The position numbers and the translations under genes are program-made. A DNA stretch of 64,000 nt. Source: Marsupella aquatica (taxonomy: Eukaryota > Plantae > Marchantiophyta). Under the pieces are notes generated by a model. That model saw nothing but the letters and a program-made list of their open reading frames with translations, did no database searches and was not told the origin of the DNA. How positions within the stretch are numbered: the first letter of the stretch is position 1; each line of letters starts with the position of its first letter. The DNA lies in assembly GCA_973895155.1 (NCBI GenBank), contig OZ316894.1, positions 7,154,234 to 7,218,233 on the forward strand, written 5' to 3'. Shown here in pieces: positions 38,446 to 49,434 of this stretch.

Positions 38446-41347
38446 TTAGCCGTTTCATCCAATTGGTCTACATCCTTTACTTCCTCCGGAATTCCAGCTA
38501 AAAAGGTGGATTCTATTGTAAAGCAGTCCTCGACCTCTTCGTCTTCTTCTTCCAAGTCACCTTTCATTGGTTCTTGCCATAATCCGCTGGGGGGTACCTC
38601 TGGTCCAAAGACACTTTCTTCGGTTTGGTCAGCGAGGCATTCTAACCAACGTACTTCATCGGCTGACTCCAGTCCACTGTCGTACCCATCTACTTCCCTT
38701 ATGCTTTTCCTATGGTCATCCTTAGTGTCCCAGGATACCGTGATAGAGGGGGTCCCAAAAGTGAACTGCTTTTTACCCCAATCTTCTATTACCTTGGCTA
38801 GGTACAGCCATGGCCTGCCAATTAATAGCCGAAACGACGTAGGGTTTACCGGCTTCATTACTACATAGTTAATGCTAAAGAAGATACCTCCTATCTCTGT
38901 CTTAATGCCGGTTAACACCCCCGTGGGAATGACCTGATATCCATTGGCCATGTTCAATACTCTTCCAGTCATCTCCGGTGTTAGACCCCATCCTTTTGCT
39001 GTTGAATCAATCATGATACATACCCCGGATCCTCCGTCAATGGGTACCCGTAGTAATATTTCTCCTTGAATCATTAATGGTAAAGCTGGGGCTCCTTGAT
39101 CTTCTTCTATCATCAGCACGTCGGATTTGGTTGCTACCTTGGGTAATCTCGGCTTGCCAAGAATAGCCTTCCTTAATTGTTTCCGGAAGTACGGGCTATT
39201 TTTCAATAGTTGACCAACTGTTGCCGAGACTCTAGACTCTAGCACATCTTTAGCCAGGTCATAGAGAACAATCGGATTCTCCTCCGGTGGTGTTTCCTTT
39301 TGGGCTTCGGCCTATTTTGCCATGCTAGTCTCTACAGCTGTTGGATCCTCCGAAGCAAACAATGCTTTTGCTCGTTTCACATCCTTGGCTATGGCTTCGG
39401 TATTCTCCAGGGTTTCTAATTCTCTCAGTTGTTCCTTAACACTAGCCGTAACAGAGGGGTAGAACAACTTAGGATGATCTCGATTGAAGTCGCTATCTTG
39501 TGAGGGATTGGGTTCACTGGTGGGCTCATGGCTTACCTATATTGCCGGAGCCCTCCCTTCTCTTTCCGTTGATGTTGACGAAGAGTCGATCTTTTCTTCC
39601 TGGACCTTCCCTTTATTTTTGGCCAGCCCATCCCACCTTTCCTTCCTTCTGGTAGATCGAGTAGAGACCCGGTAGCAATCATGATTTAAATCCTCTTCTG
39701 AGAAGGTTGATAGGGCTTCGGCCTCATCATCAGATGGTACGAACTCTGCCTCGGCATCCTCTTGCCATCCTAGTTCGATGTGGTTGATTTGAACTCCTCC
39801 GGGGGTAGTACCTGGCAGTAAGACCTTAATTGGCAAGAGCTTATGATTTGCGGCCAGGCCTGCCACCCAAGTAGGACATTGCCCTAGCATATGACCTTCT
39901 TGTCGGCATCCCATACATAGCTGAGCTAGTTGTCCATCACCCTATTTGCGTGCATTCGGGCACTCTAGCAAAATGGCCAGGTTGACCACAGTTATAGCAT
40001 GCCGCAAATCTCTGCACATTCGGCCTAGGAGGTACTGACAGGTTCTGAATAATCCGAGGATACATCTCTCCCGGATTGTTCCTTAATCTTGACCATAGGG
40101 ATGCAGGTCTGTTGGATAGGTCTCGTGTTCCAGTCTCACTGATGCCGAAAACACTATCAGCGGCATCTCCTAAAAAGTACTCTACTTCTCCCTGAGATGG
40201 TCTGATCTCGGCCACATGCCGAACATGATTAGTATTAAGTTTAGGACACGCATCTTTATGGTGTCCGGTTTTATAACATAAGGCACACCATATAGAGCTA
40301 TCCTCCTGTACTACCTTCTTCTTCGGCTTTACTTCTGCAATTATAGCCTTAAGTTGCTCGGTAAGGGCTACGATGTTATCTGGTGGCTTAGCCTCCAGCT
40401 TGACTTTCATCTTCCCTCTCCTTCTGCCCTTCCTTTTCCTAGTTTTTTCTTCTTCAGAACTAGAAGATGACTCACTCTTGCTACTTCCACTATCCGAGCT
40501 TGAGTTATCACTTCTTGACTTCTTAGAATATTTCTTCTTCTTATCCTTTTTCTTATGGGGTGATCCTTCCTCCGATGAGGAACTCTCAGACTTAAGCTGT
40601 TTCTTCCGGCTTGTGATATCTGCATTAATATATGTATAATTGAATATCCTTAATTGCCTCGGCCAAGGTCTCCGGGTTCTCCTTCCTAATTGCAAAACTC
40701 ATCTTTTGTGGCAAAGCATTCACCAACCATTGAAGTTGCATACCTTCAGATGCATTGGTCTTTGTACGTCTTACCAGTTTCTGAAAGCGTTGCAAGAACT
40801 TCCTGAAGGATTTGTTCTCCTTGAACCGAAGTCATCCCAACTTCAGCACTGCTAGTTTTGAAGTTCCAATGGGTCAAAACTCCTTAACAAAGAGTGTTTT
40901 GAAGATATCCCAGATGGCTTGATCTTCCACATCTAATGCTCTGTACCAAGGCCTAGCCTCACCCTTGAATAGGCCGGGAAGAATCTGCATCTTGATGGCC
41001 GATTCTCCATTTGCTGCAGCGGTTCCCTCGAAATCATCCAACCATTCGTCCGGATCCTCATCTCCCTTCCCATGAAATGCCTTGTAATGAATGCCCGACC
41101 GTTGGCTCAGTCTGGTCCCTGGCCTCTCGTCTGGCCGTGCCTCTGGTTCCCCCATGTCGGTTGGAGACTCACTTCTCCTTACCGACTCTTCTTCTGGTAT
41201 GTTTTCTTCGACGCCACTTCCAGCTTCGGAGCTACCAGCTCTTTCTGCCCCTCTCAGTCGCTGTGTATCATGCCACCCGGCCAGCTGCTGCAGTCGAGCT
41301 CTCTCCCGTTGAATCACTCTTTCTTCCCTCGGCGTACGGTCAGTCAT
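38352..41347 (-). pseudogene. gag: Element A gag-protease, several stops and frameshifts
   Basis: 'FHGKGDEDPDEWLDDFE', CCHC knuckles, protease 'VPIDGGSGVCIM' and 'LLIGRPWL'. Confidence 0.92.
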
Positions 41348-41394
41348 TACCTACGTTTCCTTTCTAACTTCATATCTCACGGCTTAAGAAATGC

Positions 41395-41412
41395 CCCCTC
41401 CATCTAGCGCCA
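41395..41412 (-). promoter_or_regulatory. Element A primer-binding site, probably tRNA-Asn
   Basis: TGGCGCTAGATGGAGGGG 4 nt after the LTR; complementary with one mismatch to the plant tRNA-Asn(GUU) 3' end as I recall it (CCCCTCCTTCTAGCGCCA). Confidence 0.8.
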
Positions 41413-41416
41413 AAAA

Positions 41417-44400
41417 TGTGGTGCGTCCCATGGCTCCCTAAACCCAAGAAACCCCCCAGCTCAAGCCGATTCCCGTAGGTTTCGCGCTTGGTGAGGCCGT
41501 TTCCGCGGCTTAGCGGCATGGGACGCTGCTAACCTCCTCCTACTCTTACTATTAGCCTTTTACCCACATATACTAGACAGATCCTTCATCGGTCATGAGA
41601 TACGTAGCCGGCCTAATCTAGGCCTTCCCTTGTCTTCCTCTCCTTCTGGTTAGGTATGTTTGGATTCTGCCACCGGAATGATCCCCAATAGGCTTGGTTA
41701 AGCCGCTAAGACCTCTCTCAGCTCGACACATCCAACTCTCACTCCCTTGTTTACTTTCCTTCCTTCTGGTAGATGTGGGCACTCTTCACACAAGTTAATG
41801 CGACACACAAATAGCAAAATGACTCCTTCTGACTGAGTCATACCATGCACTTGCCATACAAATAGTACATCTCATACACAAGTTCTGCGAACTAAGCCGT
41901 GAGGCCAACTCTATTTAGCTCTTAGGCATGAGGAAACATGAATATACACAAGGTCACGGTATGACTAACCGAGAGCTTCTCTTACTACTTGATCCCATCC
42001 CGGCTGGTGCAACTAAAAACTTGCTAAAGAAGAGGCCCTGAGCTCCCTGCTGCCCAGGTACTTATCCTGGTAGTGGATCCGCCTAATTCTTTGCAGCGTA
42101 AGCCTAATCTACCTAACCGTAATCTACCTGCAGCCCGAAACTACCTATGTACAGCAAGGCAGGAGCACAAGTGTTGCTCCTACCAGTGGAACCGCAATCC
42201 CACTAAGCTAAGTGTCAGGGCCGCTCCTGGTCCTGATCCTAATCCTAAACTTGGAGATCAGCGCCCGCCCTGCCCACTCACGCCTCCTACCTCCACGTCC
42301 GCCTTTCCTAAAAGGAACGGCACCCTTGCACCGTCACGACACCGGTGGTGGATCCTCAATGGACGCCCCCAATGCTTCCTCCGCAACCACTGCCGTTGGT
42401 CCATCCTCTGACAGATTACCTGCCTCTGACCGAGTCAACTTTTCGGCATGACTGGGCCCACCCTCGGCTTCGGCATCGGCTCGGGAATCATTCTCGGCTA
42501 CGGCCTCAGCCTCGGCTTCAGCCACTGTCTCCCCGGCCTGCTCAAGAGGTGGATCTCGGATACCGGCCTCATTATTGAGTAGTCTGGCTTGGGCCGCGCC
42601 ATCCCCACCTTTGGTGATAGCGGAATCTATTGCCGTGCTCATGCCGGAGGTTGGTGTTGGGTCTACCTCCTTGGTCACCACGGCCAGTGGAGTCGTATTA
42701 CTCCTTGACCCTGAAGGTTTCCGCTTCTTCTTCTTTTCTGGTTCGGCAACTGGTCCCTTCCCCTTCCCACTTACTTCCGTCACTGGTGCAGGTGGCGCGG
42801 CTTGTTCTTCGGCCAGTACCACTCCTGGTAACTTGGTTGCCCCAATTGGAGTTGGGCCTGATGAAGACAAGCACTTAAATACTGCGGCTTGTTTCTTCAG
42901 CCGCTCTGTTTGGTTGTCGGCCCGTCGCTGTAGGTTCTCCATCTTCCTCGTGAGTTCCTCCAACTCCTCCTGGGTCTCATCCAGGTCCCTGCGCGCCTCC
43001 TCTAGTTCCTTCTAGGCTTCCTCCCGTTCCCTGTGGGCTTCCTCCAGTTCTTTCTTCAAGGTAGCCCTCTCCTCCCGTGTTGCTCTTAGCTCCTTGTCGA
43101 GCTCCGCTACGACCTTAGACTCCATGTTATTCATCTTGGCATAAGTCTGGTCGAGCTGGGCGTCCTTCTCCCGCAGGTCGGCCTTGAAGTTGGCCGTCAG
43201 GGACGCAAGCTCCTGCTGTAGCGCAATAATCCCTTGATAGGATTTCCCTAACTCGGCCTCCTTCTGCTCAAGGACTCCGCGGATTTTCTCGAGCTCCCCC
43301 TTCAATGCCCTCTCCCTTCTCTGAGTCTCCGCCGTGACCCGGTTGTTGACTGCTATATGGGCCTCTTCTGCGTTTCTCAGCTCCTTCTTCCATTTCTCCC
43401 TGTCCTTGATTGCGTCGGCCAATTCTCCCTGGGTCTGAGTCAGTTTATCCTTGATAATCTGATTATCAGCCTGCGCTGTGTCCAACTGCCCCTGTATGAT
43501 GTTCAGCTCATGCCGCTTAATCCTCAGTTCATCTTGGGCTTTCTTGGCCGCCTTTAGATCTTCAATCTCGGCTTCCATCCTCCTAAGCCGCCGGATGACC
43601 TCGTCCTTCTTGCTTCTCTCTAAAGCCACCGCTTCTTCTAATTGATTCTTCTCCAACTGCTCCCTATGGAAAAAGGGTCCTACCTCCAACTCCTCCCCAA
43701 AGATGCCGAGCGCAAGTTCCCCACACATCTCACCATACTCCATGGCTCTATTCTTAGCGTAGGTGGAGTAAGTAGAAGTGATCGGCATCGCCCATCGCGG
43801 CCTCTGCTCCCAAGCCGTCTTGCGGATCTCTTCAATCGTGGCTAGAGGTTTGCTTCCTTTTTTGGCTAGGCGCCTGATGTCCTCTGGCCAATCTCCTCCT
43901 GGCAAATCCTTTTCCCTGGCCAGGGCTGCCTTCTCTTCCTGCCTGATTCGCTCCTGAAATTCCTGCGCCGTCTGTTTTATGCCGTCAAAGCTCGGGGGAG
44001 CAACATCTGGTGGGGGAGACTCAGGGCTACTCTGCTGGTTGGGGTCCCCTCGTACTACCCTTGGAAGTGTGGGGATAAACCGGCCACAGGTCCTTACTCC
44101 TGGAACGTGATGGTCCGACCCATAGCCGGAGTTATCATGGCTGCAGTCCTCCACTGCCTCCTCTACTTCTTGGACTTCCGGCTTCTCCCTCTCTTCTTCG
44201 TCGGTAGGAGCTTCAGACAATTCTACCTCAGATTCAGAGCTTGAGACTCCCACGTACATTCGAACACCCGGCTTGGATTCTGGCCTGATTCTGCTGAGGT
44301 TGACCTCTGGGGCAGTGTCCTGCATTGTTGCCGTTGCCGTTGTCGTTGCCGATGCCGATCTCTTCTCTTTCTCCAGTAGTTTCAGCAGATTCTGCATGCC

Positions 44401-44808
44401 TAGTTGCTGCATCGGCAAGTCCTCCATCCTTGGCCTAAACACCTGCTCGATCGTAGGGCTAATAGGTGGTTGAGGCTTCTCTACTACCGGCCTCGGTGCT
44501 GGGGCTTCCTCGGGTGCCCTTACCTGCAGGGGAAGTACTGGGGCAAAGGTCTGACCTCTGGCATACCGGCACAACAGCGGCATGTGATAGCCAAGCCGCG
44601 ACACGCTCCCCATGCCGATTACCTGCTGCTCCTCCTTTAAGATCTTCTTCAATTGGTTGAGGAGGTACCCATTGTACGTAGTCCCGGCTTGGGTCTGGCC
44701 TCTCTGCCAGATAGACCTGTGCCTTGCCGATCTCTGCCCTCGGCAAGTTACAATGCATGGTCACCCGCAAGAAGTTGATCATCTCTCCTATGTGCAGGTT
44801 GGTGCAGG
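41417..44808 (-). repeat. Element A 5' LTR, left part, with a disrupted LTR-ORF copy (42334-44808)
   Basis: Near identical to 30568-33954; resumes at 58376 after element B. Confidence 0.93.
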
Positions 44809-47800
44809 TGTGGTGCGTCCCATGGCTCCCTAAACCCAAGAAACCCCCCAGCTCAAGCCGATTCCCGCAGGTTTCGTGCTTGGCGAGGCCGTTTCCGCGG
44901 CTTAGCGGCATGGGACGCTGCTAACCTTCTACTACTACTATTAATATTTTACACACATATACTGGATAGATCCTTCATCGGGTCATGAGATACGTAGCCG
45001 GCCTAATATAGGCCTTCCCCTGTCTTCCCCTCCGTCTTGTTAGGTATGTTTGGATTCCGCCGCCGGAATGATCCCCAATAGGCTTGGTTAAGCCGCTAAG
45101 ACCTCTCTCAGCTCGACACATCCAACTCTCACTCCCCTGCTTACTTTCCTTCCTTCTGTTGATGTGGGCACTCTTCACACAAGTTAATGCGACACACAAA
45201 TAGCAAAATGACTCATTCTGACTGAGTCATACCATGCACTTGCCATACAAACAGTACATCTCATACACAAGTTCTGCGAACTAAGCCGTGAGGCCAACTC
45301 TATTCAGCTCTTAGGCATGAGGAAACATGAATATACACGAGGGTCACTGTATGACTAACCGAGAGCTTCTCGTACTACTTGATCCCAGCCCGGCTGGTGC
45401 AAACTAAAAACTTGCTAAAGAAGAGGCCCTGAGCTCCCCGCTACCCAGGTACTTATCCTGGTAGTGGATCCGCCATTCTTTGCATCGTAAGCCTAATCTA
45501 CCTGACAGTAATCTACTTGCCCGAATCTACCTATGTACAGCAAGGCAGGAGCTCAAGTGTTGCCCCTACCAGTGGAACCGCAATCCCACTAAGCTAAGTG
45601 TCAGGGCCGCTCCTGGTCCTGATCCTAATCCTAAACTTGGAGATCCGTGCCCGCCCTGCCCACTCACGCCTCCTCCCTCCACGTCCGCCCTCCCTAAAAG
45701 GAACGGCGCCCTTGCACCGTCACGACACCGGTGGTGGATCCTCAATGGACGCCCCCAACACTTCCTCCTCAGCCACTGCCGTTGGCCCGCCTACTGACAG
45801 ATTACCTGCCCTTGACCGAGTCAACTCTCCATCGGCCTGACTGGGTCCACCTTCGGCTTCAGCCTTGACACCGGCCTCGGCAATACCCACGGCTTCGGCC
45901 TCAGCCACTCCCACGGCTTCGGCCTCCCCTTCCCCTAGGGTAGTTGGATCCTTAGCCGTGACCCTGTCTGGGGTCGGTGTTGGGTCTACCTCCTTGATCA
46001 CCACGGCCTGTGAAGTCGTATTACTCCTTGACCCTGAAGGTTTCCGCTTCTTCTTCGTTGGTGGCTCGGCAGCTGGTCCCTTCCCCTTCCCACTTACTTC
46101 CGGCACTGGTGCAGGTGGCGCGGCTTGTCCTTCGGCAATTACCACCCCTGGTAACTGGTTTGTCCCAACGGGAGATGGACCTGCTGCAGCTAAGCATTTA
46201 AATACTGCGGCTTGTTTCTTCAGCCGCTCTGTTTGGTTGTCGGCCCGCCGCTGTAGGTTCTCCATCTTCCTCGTGATTTCCTCCAACTCCTCTTGGGTTT
46301 CATCCAGGTCCTTACGTGCCCCCTCCAGCTCATTTTTGGCCTCCTCCTGCTCCCTGTGGGCTTCCTCCAATTCCTTCTTCAAGGTAGCCCTCTCCTCCTG
46401 GGTTGCTCTTAGCTCCTTGTCGAGCTCTGCAATGATGACAGACTCCATCTGGTTCATCTTGGCGTAAGTCTGTTCGAGCATCTCGTCCTTCTCCCTTAGG
46501 TCGGCCTTGAAGCTGGCCGTCAGGGACGCAAGCTCCTGCTGCAGCGCCATAATCCCTTGATAGGATTTCCCTAACTCGACCTCCTTCTGCTCAAGGGCTC
46601 CGCGGATTTTCTCGAGCTCCCCTTTCAACGCCCATTCCTTTCTTTGGGTCTCCGCCATGGCCCGACTGTTGGCTGTTATGTGGGCCTCCTCTGTATTCTT
46701 CAGCTCTTGCTTCCACTTCTCCCTCTCTTTGATCGTGTCGGCCAACTCTTCCTGCGTCTGAGTCAGTTTATCCTTAATATTCTGATTATCAGCCTGCGCG
46801 GTGTCCAACTGCCCCTGCATGATGTTCAGCTCATGTCGTTTAATCCGCAGTTCATCTTGGGCTTTCTTGGCCGCCCTTAGATCTTCAATCTCGGCTTCCA
46901 TCCTCCTAAGCCGCCGAATGACCTCGTCCTTCTTGCTTCTCTCTAAAGCCACCGCTTCTTCTAATTGGTGTTTCTCCAACTGCTCCCAATGGAAAAAGGG
47001 TCCTACCTCCAACTCCTCTCCAAAGATGCCGAGCGCAAGTTCCCCACACATCTCACCATACTCCATGGCTCTATTCTTAGCGTAGGTGGAGTAAGTAGAA
47101 GTGATCGGCATCGCCCATCGTGGCCTCTGCTCCCAAGCCGTCCTGCGGATCTCTTCAATCGTGGCTAGAGGTTTGCTTCCTTTTTCGGCTAGCCGCCTGA
47201 TGTCCTCCGGCCAATCTCCTCCTGGTAAATCCTTTTCCTTAGCCAGGGCGGCCTCTTCCTCCTGCTTGATTCGCTCCTGAAATTCCTGCACCGTCTGTTT
47301 TATGCCGTCGAAGCTCGGGGGAGCAACATCTGGTGGGGGAGACTCAGGGCTACTCTGCTGGTTGGGGTCCCCTCGCACTACCCTTGGAAGTGTGGGGACA
47401 AACCGGCCACAGGTCCTTACTCCTGGAACGTGATGGTCCGACCCATAGCCGGAATTATCATGGCTGCAGTCCTCCACTGCCTCCTCTACCTCTTGGACGT
47501 CCGGCTTCTCCCTCTCCTCTTCGTCGGTAGGAGCTTCAGGCAATTCTGCCTCAGATTCGGAGCTTGAGGTTCCCACGTACATTCGAACACCTGGCTTGGA
47601 TTCCGGCCTGATTCTCTCCTTGTCTCCAGCAAAGGGGTTTTCTCTTGTGAGCCAGTGTAGGCCTACCTCTGTAGTAGTGTCCTGCATTGTTGCCGTTGCC
47701 GTTGTTGTTGCCGATGCCGATTTCTTTTCTTTCTCCAGTAGTTTCAGCAGACTCTGCATGCCTGGTTGCTGCATCGGCAAGTCTTCCTTCCTGGGCCTAA

Positions 47801-49434
47801 ACACCTGCTCGATCGTAGGACTAACAGGTGGTTGAGGCTTCTCAGCCAACGGCCTCGGTGTTGGAGCTTCCTCGGGTGCCCTTACCTGCAGGGGAAGTAC
47901 CGGGGCAAAAGTCTTACCTCTGGCATACCGGCACAACAGCGGCATGTGATAGCCAAGCCGCGACACGCTCCCCATGCCGATTACCTGCTGCTCCTCCTTT
48001 AAGATCTTCTTCAATTGGTTGAGGAGGTACCCGTTGTAGTCCCGGCTTGGGTCTGGCCTTTCTGCCAGATAGACCTGTGCCTTGCCGATCTCTGCCCGCG
48101 GCAAGTTACAATGCATGGTCACCCGCAAGAAGTCGATCATCTCTCCTATGTGCGGGTTGGTGCAGGTGTTCCGGAAGAAGCCATTCTTCGTTGATGGCCC
48201 GGGGAACGACCGGAACTCCTTGTCAGGCAAGGTCTTCCTGGTATCAACTTTGGTCTTATTGCCTATCGGCAGGCCAAACACTTCGGCAATTACCTTGGGA
48301 GTAAGATAGAAATCCCTCCCATATATCCTCGTGCAATTGGTCTCGGGTTCCCATGACCCCACGAATTCTAATAGGTCTGACTCCGGTACCTCCGGCTTCA
48401 GCCATGGTAATCTTACAAAGGCCTCCAAGCCGGATCCGGCCATGAAGCCTTGGTACTTCTTGGTCTGCATGGCCGTAAAGCATGCATCCTCCTCCCGTGC
48501 AAAATGTAGTTGCACCTCCACCGGTAGGGTTGCCGCCCAGCCCTTCCAGGTGTCATCCCTGGTTGGAATGGCCTTGATGGGATCGACCTCCTCCTCTTCG
48601 GCTTCTCCCTGCCTCCTGCTCTGCTGCTCGGCTGGCCTCTTTGGTGCCGCCGACCTCGTTCTTTTTGCCGGGGTGGCTTCATCATTGATGGCTCCCTTCC
48701 TCTTCATCTCTGCTGCCGTGGAGGTTTCTCCTAGCACCGTTGCCTGGGTCCACCTTTCCGTGCTACCCTTTAATTCCCAGTGTATGTCGTTGCAGTTCTT
48801 GATGGCCTCTCGGATGCCGACGACGCTGTCTTTGCAAAACAGAAGATCGTCGAGTTGATTGGAAGTAGGCGTCCACAGGAACTCGTCCTTGATGAGTTTG
48901 CCTCCTAAGAAAGCCGTCTTCTGCAGCTCCCACAATCGAGCGAGCTCCTGCCGTTCTCGAGCTGCCCTTTCTGACTCCTCGTCCTCGTAAGTCTTGATGT
49001 ACTCAGTTGCCCGTTCGAATAGGCATCCCCAGAAATGTGCCGCTTGATTGACGTTGCTCATACCCTCCTTAGGTCGATCGTCGGTATCTACTCTCTCCCC
49101 GAGTGCTTGCCTAAGCAGCTGACAGTAGTTGGCCTCCCGTAGTCGTCTGCCTAGTTCGTGCTCGCAAATGAGCCACCATCTCCTGCAAGCGCTCCTTACC
49201 CCTCTCCTCTGCCGGTCCTTCTTCCCGTTGATCCTTCCTAGCCGCCGACGCTTAACGCGCCCTAACCCTAATCGGGTTTTCACCCTTAGCCTTACCTCCG
49301 GCCTCGGCCCGGGTTCCATGGTTGCCCCTAATTGTTTATATTTTCCTTGTTTTGTCCCTATACTAAGGTGTTCCTAGGGTGCCTTCCTGCTTTACCCACT
49401 TAACCGGCCGAGTGATTCCTGTCTAGGCATCACA
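44809..49434 (-). repeat. Element B 3' LTR, 4626 bp
   Basis: PPT at 49435-49447; TSD at the left edge; matches 55660-58370 apart from a deletion. Confidence 0.95.
45720..49319 (-). CDS. Intact 1199-aa extra ORF wholly inside the LTR: basic N-terminus, plant-mobile-domain-like motif, acidic/Pro linker, long coiled coil, NLS-like KKKRK
   Basis: Open frame with ACCATGG start 115 nt inside the LTR; 'LLEFVGSWEPETNCTRIYGRDFYLTPKVIAEVFGLPIG' resembles the PMD W-x-PET...T-x-x-x-V...GLPI motif; E/K/L heptad region ~46200-46990. Confidence 0.9.
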   Translation of the reverse strand: MEPGPRPEVRLRVKTRLGLGRVKRRRLGRINGKKDRQRRGVRSACRRWWLICEHELGRRLREANYCQLLRQALGERVDTDDRPKEGMSNVNQAAHFWGCLFERATEYIKTYEDEESERAARERQELARLWELQKTAFLGGKLIKDEFLWTPTSNQLDDLLFCKDSVVGIREAIKNCNDIHWELKGSTERWTQATVLGETSTAAEMKRKGAINDEATPAKRTRSAAPKRPAEQQSRRQGEAEEEEVDPIKAIPTRDDTWKGWAATLPVEVQLHFAREEDACFTAMQTKKYQGFMAGSGLEAFVRLPWLKPEVPESDLLEFVGSWEPETNCTRIYGRDFYLTPKVIAEVFGLPIGNKTKVDTRKTLPDKEFRSFPGPSTKNGFFRNTCTNPHIGEMIDFLRVTMHCNLPRAEIGKAQVYLAERPDPSRDYNGYLLNQLKKILKEEQQVIGMGSVSRLGYHMPLLCRYARGKTFAPVLPLQVRAPEEAPTPRPLAEKPQPPVSPTIEQVFRPRKEDLPMQQPGMQSLLKLLEKEKKSASATTTATATMQDTTTEVGLHWLTRENPFAGDKERIRPESKPGVRMYVGTSSSESEAELPEAPTDEEEREKPDVQEVEEAVEDCSHDNSGYGSDHHVPGVRTCGRFVPTLPRVVRGDPNQQSSPESPPPDVAPPSFDGIKQTVQEFQERIKQEEEAALAKEKDLPGGDWPEDIRRLAEKGSKPLATIEEIRRTAWEQRPRWAMPITSTYSTYAKNRAMEYGEMCGELALGIFGEELEVGPFFHWEQLEKHQLEEAVALERSKKDEVIRRLRRMEAEIEDLRAAKKAQDELRIKRHELNIMQGQLDTAQADNQNIKDKLTQTQEELADTIKEREKWKQELKNTEEAHITANSRAMAETQRKEWALKGELEKIRGALEQKEVELGKSYQGIMALQQELASLTASFKADLREKDEMLEQTYAKMNQMESVIIAELDKELRATQEERATLKKELEEAHREQEEAKNELEGARKDLDETQEELEEITRKMENLQRRADNQTERLKKQAAVFKCLAAAGPSPVGTNQLPGVVIAEGQAAPPAPVPEVSGKGKGPAAEPPTKKKRKPSGSRSNTTSQAVVIKEVDPTPTPDRVTAKDPTTLGEGEAEAVGVAEAEAVGIAEAGVKAEAEGGPSQADGELTRSRAGNLSVGGPTAVAEEEVLGASIEDPPPVS

